A stretch of 64,000 bases of DNA. It comes from Bdellovibrionaceae bacterium UBA6776 (lineage in GTDB: Bacteria; Bdellovibrionota; Bdellovibrionia; Bdellovibrionales; UBA1609). The stretch's first letter is position 1, and every line of letters starts with the position of its first letter. The DNA lies in contig DKGG01000011.1 of assembly GCA_002453155.1 (NCBI GenBank), forward strand, positions 32,190 to 96,189, given 5' to 3'. A model generated the notes under the pieces. That model worked only from the letters and a program-made list of their open reading frames with translations, was not told the DNA's origin and did no database searches. This document shows, piece by piece, positions 47,224 to 54,920 of the stretch. Made by a program: the position numbers and the translations under genes.

Positions 47224-48561
47224 ATGAATAAAAAAGTATGGTTGAGTATAGTCTTAACATTGAGTTCCTTAAGTGCAGGTGCTCAGACCTTAAGTTTTGA
47301 TGAAGTCTGGAAGGACATTCAGAAATCTTCTTTGGCCATCAAAGCTTCAAATCTACAAGTTGAAGCCATGGAGGATTCAAAAAGTAGGGCTTCTAGGCAT
47401 TGGCTTCCCCGTGTTTACTTGGATGGAAGAAGCTACACCACCAATGATCCTGGAAATTCCTTTTTTGGAATTTTGTCCCAACGATCTTTGCAGCAAGCGG
47501 ATTTCAGTCCAGATGCCATCAGCCACCCGGATGCAAAGAACTATATGAGAGGTGCTCTTGGAGTGGACTTTGCCCTTTTTGAAGGGGGGATGAAATCGGC
47601 CCAAGTGGACGTTTTTAAAGAATCTTTGGATGCACAAAAACTTCAAAAAAATCAGATCCAGTTGGATCAGTTTGTGGAAGTAGGGAAGTCCTATGGATCG
47701 ATCTCTACTTTGGAACGGCAAAAGGAAAAGCTAAACACTCTTTCCGACCAACTTCAGAAAATGATTCGCGGCTATCAATTGGGTTCCAAATCGAATCCGG
47801 TGGGCTATTCGGGTCTTTTGGGAATGAAAGCTTTGGGCAATCGATTGAGTGCAATGTTGTCAAATTATGAAGCTCAATTGAAATCTCATTATGGAGTCCT
47901 TCGAGAATTGGGTCTTGAAAGGACCACATGGAAACCCGAGTCCATTGAGGTTCGCGAGTTCGTTCAAAGTCATTTTTCCTCTCAAAAGAGTGACGGCGAT
48001 TCTTTTGGACTAAAAGCGCAAAATCATCAAGCCAAAGCTGCTGAGCACATGTCAAAGATGGAAAGAGCAAGATATCTTCCTCGCGTGGGACTGTTTGCAG
48101 AGAACTCCATGTTCCATGGGGATCGCGACACCGCCAATGCCTATACGGCAGGAGTTTATGTGCAATGGAGTCTATTTAATCCTGACGACTATGGTCGCTA
48201 CGGAGAAGCGCGGTTGAAAGCCATGGCTGCAAAGGCAGGAGTGGAAGCTTTAGGGCAACAAGAAAGAGCCGCGGTCCTTTCAATGAACGAGCAAAAGGAA
48301 GCCCTGGAAAATGGACTGAAGCTTGTCAATGAGAGTGATGACCTTTTGGTGGAACAAACAAAAACCACTCAAACACTTTTTAGAAACGGATCCATCAGTG
48401 CCTTGCAAATGGTTGAGGTTCTTAATCGTCGTGTGGATTTGATCGATCAGCAAAGTCAAATGGAGCTGGGCCTACTTCAGGTTTCTGGCGAACTGCTTAA
48501 AAAAGAACAAGTGAACTTAGAGGCCAAAGTTGTGGGAGGAAAACACTATGATGCAAGATAA
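47224..48561 (+). CDS. TolC-family outer membrane efflux protein
   Basis: Signal peptide; two-repeat helical/beta architecture; typical N-terminal LSFDEVWKDIQKSSLAIKAS. Confidence 0.85.
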   Translation: MNKKVWLSIVLTLSSLSAGAQTLSFDEVWKDIQKSSLAIKASNLQVEAMEDSKSRASRHWLPRVYLDGRSYTTNDPGNSFFGILSQRSLQQADFSPDAISHPDAKNYMRGALGVDFALFEGGMKSAQVDVFKESLDAQKLQKNQIQLDQFVEVGKSYGSISTLERQKEKLNTLSDQLQKMIRGYQLGSKSNPVGYSGLLGMKALGNRLSAMLSNYEAQLKSHYGVLRELGLERTTWKPESIEVREFVQSHFSSQKSDGDSFGLKAQNHQAKAAEHMSKMERARYLPRVGLFAENSMFHGDRDTANAYTAGVYVQWSLFNPDDYGRYGEARLKAMAAKAGVEALGQQERAAVLSMNEQKEALENGLKLVNESDDLLVEQTKTTQTLFRNGSISALQMVEVLNRRVDLIDQQSQMELGLLQVSGELLKKEQVNLEAKVVGGKHYDAR

Positions 48562-51500
48562 TCAATTGGGCTTTGCCGGAAAATTGGGAAAAGCATTTGT
48601 CCATTCCAAGTTAACTCCTGTGATTGCCATTGCCAGTCTTTTGCTGGGTGTGATGGCGGTCTACCTCACTCCAAAAGAAGAAGAACCGCAAATTTCGGTT
48701 CCGATGATTGACATTCGAACTCCGGCTCCGGGTTTCACTCCAGAGGAAACCGAAAGAAAGGTGACCGAACCCATCGAACGCGCAGTCTGGGGATTGGATG
48801 GAGTGGAATATGTCTATTCTTCCAGTCAAGCTCATGGAAGCTTAGTGACTGTACGGTTTAAGGTGGGCGAACCCATGGAGCCCAGTCTTGTGAAAATTCA
48901 TCACAAGCTGATGACCATTCGCCATGAGCTTCCGGAAGCTTCGCGAAACTCCATTGTGAAGTCATTCTCTATTGATGACGTTCCCTTCTTGGTTTTGACC
49001 TTTAGCTCTCCGGAGATGGACGACTTTGAACTTCGAACAGCTGTGGCTCCATTGGCGCGGGAGCTTTCGAGCACTCCTGATCTTTCAAAAGTGGAAGTGC
49101 TTGGCGGGCGAAAAAGAGCCGTTCGCGTGATCGCTGACCCTAAAAAAATGGAACGCTACGGAGTTTCTCTTCTTTCTATTGTTCAAGCCTTAAAGGCCAA
49201 TGATGCCTTGGCTCCGGCGGGTAAAAACTGGAGTGACGAAGAAGTGGTCGACGTGGAAGTGGGAGGACGTCTTCACAGCGCGGACGAAGTTCAAAACTTG
49301 GCGATCGGCCAAAGAGCGGGACGAGTGGTCTTTGTCAAAGATGTTGCTGATGTTGTGGATGGGCCCGAACAATTGATTCGAAGTTCGGTTCTTGTTGAAG
49401 AAGGAAAAAAGCCAGTCAACGCGGTTTCGATTGTGTTCTCAAAACGCAAAGGGACAAATGTTGTGACCTTGGCCCGTCAAATTCTGAATCGTGCAGAGAC
49501 CTTTTTAAAGGAACAGCCGGCAAAGTTAGAAATGAGCGTGGTTCGTGATTATGGATCTACTGCTTCTGACAAATCCAATGAATTGATCGAGCATTTGCTT
49601 CTTGCCACCTTTTCAGTTGCGGTACTGATTGCAATTTTTATGGGAATTCGTGCTTCATTGGTTGTTGCAATTGCAATTCCTGTGACTCTGGCACTGACCT
49701 TGGCCATCTATTATTTCATGGGGTACACACTTAACCGAGTGACTTTGTTTGCATTGATTTTTTCAATTGGGATTTTGGTGGATGATGCAATTGTCGTGGT
49801 TGAAAATATTGAACGCCATTTGAAGAAAAATTTAAAAGACAGTTTTGTGAAGGTCACTATCGATGCGGTTAGCGAAGTTGGGAACCCGACAATTCTAGCG
49901 ACGTTTACTGTAATTGCGGCGATTCTTCCTATGGCTTTTGTACGGGGATTGATGGGGCCCTACATGAAACCCATTCCTGTGGGTGCAAGTTTTGCGATGA
50001 TTTTGTCTTTGATTGTTGCTTTTGTGGTGACCCCTTGGGCGGCAGTGAAGCTTTTAAAGCGGCATGAGCACAAAGAAGAAGATCACAAGATCAGTCGTTT
50101 GGATCAAATTTATCAAAGAGTCATGGAGACTTTGCTCTCTACAAAGAAAGCGGCCCTTGGTTTTGGTGCATTTACCATTGTTTTGCTTCTTGCTTCTATG
50201 AGTTTGGTGGCCTTCAAAGCAGTCAAAGTGAAGATGCTTCCTTTTGACAACAAAGAGGAATTTCAAATTGTGGTGGACTATCCCTCAACCACATCTTTTG
50301 AACAGGGAAAAACCTGGTCTGTGGAGCTTGCCGAAAAAATTCTTGAGAATGAAAATGTGGAGGCCGTTCAGGTTTTTGCTGGAGAACCAGCACCATTTTC
50401 TTTTTCCGGAATGGTAAAGCATACTTTCCTTCGAGGAGCAGATTTTCAAAATGATCTGCATGTGGTTCTTTCTGAAAAGGGTCATAGAGATCTTTCCAGT
50501 CATGAAGTGATAGAAAGTTTAAGACCTCTTGTGAAAGAGTTTGGGGAGTCTCACAAAGCCATCACAAAGGTTTTGGAAATTCCACCGGGGCCTCCCGTGT
50601 TGGCGACCATGATGGCAGAGGTCTATGGTCCCAGTGCCAAAGTCAGAGATCAGGTGGCTGGAGAAATCGAGCAGATCTTTGCCAATGAACCGAGCGTTGT
50701 CGATCTTGATACAACCATGAGATTGGGACGTCCCCGTCGGTTTTATGAATATGATCAAGCCCAGGGGGGATTGTTGGGAACCAAGTCCGCCGAATTGATG
50801 GTCCTCGGTCACTTGATGTTCTCTGAAACTCCAGTGACCACCTTGGCAGCGGTGAATGCTCCTGAAGAGGTCAGTGTGGATTTGTCCTTAGAGAATTCTG
50901 TGCGATCGAGTGCAGATCCTTTTCAAGGATTGCGAGTTCCATCTTTTGAGACGGGAACCGTGGAGGCTGATAAAGTTTTGAAGGCGCCTCGTGAAATTCC
51001 AAATAAGACACTCTATCGAAAAAATCTAAAGCCAGTGTCCTATGTTATGAGTGAGCTTTCCGGAGAAGAAGAAGCGCCGGTTTATGGAATTCTAAAGTTG
51101 GCGCCTCAAATTAAGTATCCTCTTCAGACCGCAGAAGTTCCTTGGGACACAACCTCACCTGTCGTGAAATGGGATGGAGAATGGTTTATCACCTACGAGG
51201 TCTTTCGAGATTTAGGAGGTGCCTTTGCCGTGGTGATGGTGCTGATCTACATCTTGGTATTGGGATGGTTTAAAAGTTTTACGGTTCCTTTGATCATCAT
51301 GGCTCCAATACCAATCAGTTTGATCGGGATTCTTCCAGGCCACGCAATTTTGGGATCCTACTTTACGGCGACGTCTATGATTGGGTTTATTGCTGGAGCT
51401 GGAATTATTGTGAGGAACTCGATCATTTTGGTGGACTTTATTGAGCATCAGTTGGCACGTGGGATGGGATTGAAACTGTCTGTCATCAGTGCCGGTGTGC

Positions 51501-51730
51501 TTCGATTTCGTCCCATGCTTTTAACAGCAGCTGCGGTCGTGGTCGGAAGTTCCGTGATGCTTGCAGATCCCATCTTTCAAGGGTTGGCAGTCAGTCTGAT
51601 CTTTGGGGAAATTGCTGCGACCATTTTAAGTCGTTTTGCGGTGCCTATTCTTTACTACTGGTTTGTCGGAAAAACCCGTCAAGCTGTCATTCAATCTGAA
51701 AATTCTTTGAAGGAAGGAGAAATTTTATGA
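48548..51730 (+). CDS. RND efflux permease (HAE-1/AcrB-like)
   Basis: 12-TM/two-loop layout; TM4 motif SIGILVDDAIVVVENIER; start overlaps the TolC stop by 14 nt. Confidence 0.9.
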   Translation: MMQDNQLGFAGKLGKAFVHSKLTPVIAIASLLLGVMAVYLTPKEEEPQISVPMIDIRTPAPGFTPEETERKVTEPIERAVWGLDGVEYVYSSSQAHGSLVTVRFKVGEPMEPSLVKIHHKLMTIRHELPEASRNSIVKSFSIDDVPFLVLTFSSPEMDDFELRTAVAPLARELSSTPDLSKVEVLGGRKRAVRVIADPKKMERYGVSLLSIVQALKANDALAPAGKNWSDEEVVDVEVGGRLHSADEVQNLAIGQRAGRVVFVKDVADVVDGPEQLIRSSVLVEEGKKPVNAVSIVFSKRKGTNVVTLARQILNRAETFLKEQPAKLEMSVVRDYGSTASDKSNELIEHLLLATFSVAVLIAIFMGIRASLVVAIAIPVTLALTLAIYYFMGYTLNRVTLFALIFSIGILVDDAIVVVENIERHLKKNLKDSFVKVTIDAVSEVGNPTILATFTVIAAILPMAFVRGLMGPYMKPIPVGASFAMILSLIVAFVVTPWAAVKLLKRHEHKEEDHKISRLDQIYQRVMETLLSTKKAALGFGAFTIVLLLASMSLVAFKAVKVKMLPFDNKEEFQIVVDYPSTTSFEQGKTWSVELAEKILENENVEAVQVFAGEPAPFSFSGMVKHTFLRGADFQNDLHVVLSEKGHRDLSSHEVIESLRPLVKEFGESHKAITKVLEIPPGPPVLATMMAEVYGPSAKVRDQVAGEIEQIFANEPSVVDLDTTMRLGRPRRFYEYDQAQGGLLGTKSAELMVLGHLMFSETPVTTLAAVNAPEEVSVDLSLENSVRSSADPFQGLRVPSFETGTVEADKVLKAPREIPNKTLYRKNLKPVSYVMSELSGEEEAPVYGILKLAPQIKYPLQTAEVPWDTTSPVVKWDGEWFITYEVFRDLGGAFAVVMVLIYILVLGWFKSFTVPLIIMAPIPISLIGILPGHAILGSYFTATSMIGFIAGAGIIVRNSIILVDFIEHQLARGMGLKLSVISAGVLRFRPMLLTAAAVVVGSSVMLADPIFQGLAVSLIFGEIAATILSRFAVPILYYWFVGKTRQAVIQSENSLKEGEIL

Positions 51731-51921
51731 GCATTCAACATCAAATTCGTGCCTTTGCAGGAACCTTTGTATTAGCGAGTTTGGCTTTGGCCCATTATCA
51801 TTCGGAATATTGGCTGTTCTTTACAGCCTTTGTTGGATTCAATTTGTTGCAGTCCAGCTTCACAAATTTTTGCCCCTTGGAAATGATTTTAAGAAAGCTA
51901 CAGCCCGCGAAAGTAAATTGA
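51727..51921 (+). CDS. DUF2892 (YgaP C-terminal-like) two-TM protein
   Basis: IRAFAGTFVLASL..FVGFNLLQSSFTNFCP; ATGA overlap with the RND stop. Confidence 0.75.
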   Translation: MSIQHQIRAFAGTFVLASLALAHYHSEYWLFFTAFVGFNLLQSSFTNFCPLEMILRKLQPAKVN

Positions 51922-51945
51922 TTTTTTTCAAGTGGTTTAAAGTTT

Positions 51946-51972
51946 AGGGATCTGTTCCGTATACAGATCCCT
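51946..51972 (+). terminator. Terminator-like hairpin
   Basis: 10-bp stem AGGGATCTGT/ACAGATCCCT with a 7-nt loop; only a weak T tract follows. Confidence 0.45.
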
Positions 51973-52004
51973 GAATTTCTGAGGTTCTATGGTCTCCTCT
52001 AGTA

Positions 52005-52072
52005 AATACACCCATCCATGGCCTCACAAGAATTTTCCTTTCAGGAAAATCGCCTCTTGTTTCCATGAGGTC
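52005..52072 (+). repeat. Foldback-repeat family, copy 0 (core only)
   Basis: CCCATCCATGG..TTTTCC-TTTCA-GGAAAATCGC..GAGGTC. Confidence 0.75.
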
Positions 52073-52084
52073 TATTCCTGTGTG

Positions 52085-52191
52085 TAAGTTGCTATTTCCC
52101 AAATCCATATTTCATAGAACCGGACACACTCATCCATGAGTTCTTCCAGCATTTGCCTTTCAGGCAAAGCGCATCCCGCTTGGTAGAGGTC
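52085..52191 (+). repeat. Foldback-repeat family, copy 1 (left arm + core)
   Basis: The arm at 52085-52119 matches the copy-2 arm at 30/35 positions. The core matches the copy-2 core apart from about 8 substitutions. Confidence 0.8.
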
Positions 52192-52203
52192 GGTTTCTGC
52201 GCA

Positions 52204-52348
52204 TAAGTTCTTACTTCTCAAATCCATATTTTATAGAAGCGGACACACTCATCCATGAGTTCTTCCAGCATTTGCCCTCCGGGCAAAACGCATCCTGCTT
52301 GCTGGAGGTCCTTTTCTATAAAATATGGATTTGAGAAGTAAGAACTTA
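52204..52348 (+). repeat. Foldback-repeat family, copy 2 (complete: 35-bp perfect inverted arms + 75-nt core)
   Basis: 52204-52238 is the exact reverse complement of 52314-52348. Confidence 0.9.
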
Positions 52349-52360
52349 CACACAGCAGGA

Positions 52361-53161
52361 TCAGCCTTTGTGGAGGTTGTGAGAGGCACACAATACTTGA
52401 AGGTTGTTCCTTCGCTGGTCGCCACCAAGTCTGACTGGAAAAATGTGATCGATTTGTAAGAACTGTCGAGATTCGCAACCTGGATATTGGCATTTGTAGT
52501 CCGCTGTCGTTAACACATCATTTCGCAGGCGCTTGGAAATTTGACGGGGATTCTTTGATTTTGGTGCACAAAACTCTTTTGTCTCAGTGGGTTTTGGAGA
52601 TTTCCTCTGAATGTTTTCATAAGATTTGAGTTCTTTTTCAATCAAGTCCATCAATAGGCTTTCCGCATTGTGCTTATGAGACTTCAGTGCTTTCAATCTC
52701 TCTAATTTTTCATGCTGTTCATGGGACAGCTCCAGTCTCAAATGCACTTTGTCTAAATACTCGGTCTTTTTGATCTTTATGGTCGGTGTGGGTTTCAAAA
52801 ACATGGCCTTTACTTCACGAGAAGATTTATTTTCCATAGACTTCAAAACTTTTCTTTTTTCCGCCACCGGCTTTTTTCGAAGATGCTTGAAAGCAGTGGT
52901 CACTGCAGACAGGGTCAGGCTTCCCTGATCAATTTTCTGTTTGATCTCAGGAACTTCCTTGGCCAAGCGGACACAGGCTTGTCTTTGGTAGGCAGTGGCC
53001 TCGGAGTATCCAAGTCCGCGAACCAAGTAATCGAAAAGAGAATGGTGACCCATCTCTAGATACTTTCTGCAGTTTTCCATTTCTTGAAGCTTATTTAGAA
53101 TTTCAGAAGTGATTCGTTTTTCTTTCTGGCGCAGCTCTAGAAGCTCATCGTGAATTTTCAT
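52361..53161 (-). CDS. HNH endonuclease with a DUF222-like helical N-terminal region
   Basis: C-terminal CQYPGCESRQFLQIDHIFPVRLGGDQRRNNLQVLCASHNLHK (HNH motif). Confidence 0.85.
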   Translation of the reverse strand: MKIHDELLELRQKEKRITSEILNKLQEMENCRKYLEMGHHSLFDYLVRGLGYSEATAYQRQACVRLAKEVPEIKQKIDQGSLTLSAVTTAFKHLRKKPVAEKRKVLKSMENKSSREVKAMFLKPTPTIKIKKTEYLDKVHLRLELSHEQHEKLERLKALKSHKHNAESLLMDLIEKELKSYENIQRKSPKPTETKEFCAPKSKNPRQISKRLRNDVLTTADYKCQYPGCESRQFLQIDHIFPVRLGGDQRRNNLQVLCASHNLHKG

Positions 53162-53424
53162 AGGTCCTCTTTCTTTTGAAAGAACATTACCATGGGTTTT
53201 TATTTTCTAATTTTACGCCTTAGTTTTGTTTTTGAGGAAGCTTTTGCAGTCGAGAACATCCGTTCTTGGAGTTCAAATTTAACGAGTACAGTAAGCCCGA
53301 GAATTGTTTTAAAGATGATCCTACAAATGATTTCAATTTAACGATTCGCTTAAACGAAATCGAAAAAAACAACGTCAAACATAGTTTCTAAAAAGATTAA
53401 GTTTCGCCGCAACGTTTAGTAGGC

Positions 53425-54515
53425 AACTAAAACTTGAGTGTCCGTAACCAGTGCGACTCCTGCGGAATTGAAAAAGGGTCACCCCTGACCTATTAATCAA
53501 GTTCGCAAAAATTCAACTAAAAGGAGTTTGTACTATGGTTAAGTACTCAAGGGTGACTTACGAGCAAAGATGCCAGATCTACGTATTGTTGCAAGCAAAA
53601 ACCAAGGTTCTTGAAATTTCAAGGCTTGTTGGGGTTCACAAAAGTACAGTTTACAGGGAGTTGAGGCGAAATTCCTACGCGACTAAAAATCCATACTCAT
53701 CAGTACGGATGTATGAGCCCAATAAAGCTCATGCGATGGCTCGACGAAGGTTTTTAGATCGTTGTCATAGAAAACTGTCAGTTACAGGTCTTGTGGAGAC
53801 TCAGGTTATAAAGCTTTTGCAAAGGGGCTGGAGCCCTCAATTGATTGCCGGAAGAATAGGTCTTGAGACTCGCAAGAAGCTTTCTCATATGACGATCTAT
53901 CGGTTTACGAAAAAGAACGCTTATTTAAAAAGATACTTACATCACAAAGGTCGTAGATATCCCTACCGACCGACGAGCACCAATCAAGGTCCGAAGCCTA
54001 AGTGGTGGCGCTCTGTGCACGAGAGGCCCTTGGCTTGTCAGGAGAGATCTGAGCTTGGACACTGGGAGCGAGATTTGATGTATGCAAAAGATAGAGCTCC
54101 GATATTAGTCTGTACAGATCGAAAATCGAGATATGTAACATGCTTAGAGTTGAACACTTCAGGTTCACAGGAAACGCAAGAGAAGACAGCGATTTTGCTA
54201 AAACCATTTCCTGTTCACTCAGTGACCAATGATCAAGGAAGTGAATTTAAATCCAGAAATCCCATGGGGTGCCCCGTTTACTTTTGTGATCCCAGAGCAC
54301 CTAATCAAAGAGGTACGGTTGAGAACACAATAGGTGTGATGAGGCGATTTATAAAAAACTCCACAGATCTTAGTGAAGTGAACTTAGAACAAATTGAAAT
54401 ATGGATGAACTTGAGGCCTCGCAAGGTCCTTGACTACAAAACACCCTATGAGGTTATGTTCGAAGAATCAGTCGCACTGGTTGTGTGAAACTAAGAAACT
54501 TGAGTGTCCGTAACC
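53425..54515 (+). mobile_element. IS30-family insertion sequence (outer limits given; minimal element 53446-54482)
   Basis: 13-bp terminal inverted repeat AACCAGTGCGACT (53446-53458) / AGTCGCACTGGTT (54470-54482). A roughly 25-bp direct repeat AACTAA(G)AAACTTGAGTGTCCGTAACC lies at 53425-53449 and 54489-54515. Confidence 0.7.
53535..54488 (+). CDS. IS30-family DDE transposase
   Basis: N-terminal HTH (RCQIYVLLQAK..ISRLVGVHKSTVYRELRRN); catalytic motifs GHWERDLM, TNDQGSEF, QRGTVENTIG. Confidence 0.9.
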   Translation: MVKYSRVTYEQRCQIYVLLQAKTKVLEISRLVGVHKSTVYRELRRNSYATKNPYSSVRMYEPNKAHAMARRRFLDRCHRKLSVTGLVETQVIKLLQRGWSPQLIAGRIGLETRKKLSHMTIYRFTKKNAYLKRYLHHKGRRYPYRPTSTNQGPKPKWWRSVHERPLACQERSELGHWERDLMYAKDRAPILVCTDRKSRYVTCLELNTSGSQETQEKTAILLKPFPVHSVTNDQGSEFKSRNPMGCPVYFCDPRAPNQRGTVENTIGVMRRFIKNSTDLSEVNLEQIEIWMNLRPRKVLDYKTPYEVMFEESVALVV

Positions 54516-54564
54516 CGCACGCTTCGTTTGCCACCCCTCTTTCGAGGGTCAGGTTTCGAGTGTT

Positions 54565-54688
54565 TTTTCAAGATCTAAAACCCATAATTCCTGACCCGAC
54601 CGTCCATAGACTCACCATCGTTTTCCTTTCAGGAAAATCGCATCCTGCTCGATTGAGGTCTGTCACTATGGATTTTAGATCTTGAAAA
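54565..54688 (+). repeat. Foldback-repeat family, copy C (22-bp arms with 1 mismatch, 80-nt centre)
   Basis: Arms TTTTCAAGATCTAAAACCCATA / TATGGATTTTAGATCTTGAAAA; core CCGTCCATAG..TTTTCCTTTCAGGAAAATCGCATCCTGCT..GAGGTC. Confidence 0.8.
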
Positions 54689-54773
54689 TAGACATCCATG
54701 AAACTTCTGTTCAAAAAAAATATAGGCGCCTATAAAAGTGATGCTTTTGAAATGTTTCGGGGGATTCTGCTAT

Positions 54774-54889
54774 CAAGTTCAACGATCCACAGAATAGGAT
54801 CTCCGGCAAGCAGGATGCGTTTTGCCGAAGTGCAAATGCCGGAAGAGTTCATGGATGAACGTATCCTATTCTGTGGATCGTTGAACTTG
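54774..54889 (-). repeat. Foldback-repeat family, copy B (27-bp perfect arms, 62-nt core in inverted orientation)
   Basis: 54774-54800 is the exact reverse complement of 54863-54889. The reverse complement of the centre reads TTCATCCATGAACTCTTCCGGCATTTGCACTTCGGCAAAACGCATCCTGCTTGCCGGAG. Confidence 0.85.
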
Positions 54890-54920
54890 AAAGTAAGCTT
54901 CCTCGAAATCTAATGCTTGT

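Noticed and set aside
51990-52350. Tandem repeats that might be a CRISPR array
   Set aside because: The whole roughly 115-bp unit (arm + core) is repeated, so there are no short identical repeats separated by unique spacers. No cas genes are in the window and the repeat is internally structured.
52218-52493. 91-aa ORF (minus strand), together with ORFs 54485-54685 and 54698-54913, as protein-coding genes
   Set aside because: They are read straight through the foldback repeats. The similar peptide segments (QMLEELMDE / QMPEEFMDE) reflect DNA repeat identity with indels in the hairpin loops. They have no SD and no family resemblance.
52361-53161. HNH gene plus structured repeat as an IscB/HEARO (omega-RNA) system
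   Set aside because: The protein is only 266 aa, with no RuvC segments or bridge helix. The structured element lies 3' of the gene and is multi-copy, unlike HEARO.
52204-54889. Foldback elements as integron attC sites
   Set aside because: There is no intI integrase. The arm ends (AAGTTC...GAACTT) do not fit the RYYYAAC...GTTRRRY order of R''/R'. There are no promoterless cassettes between sites.
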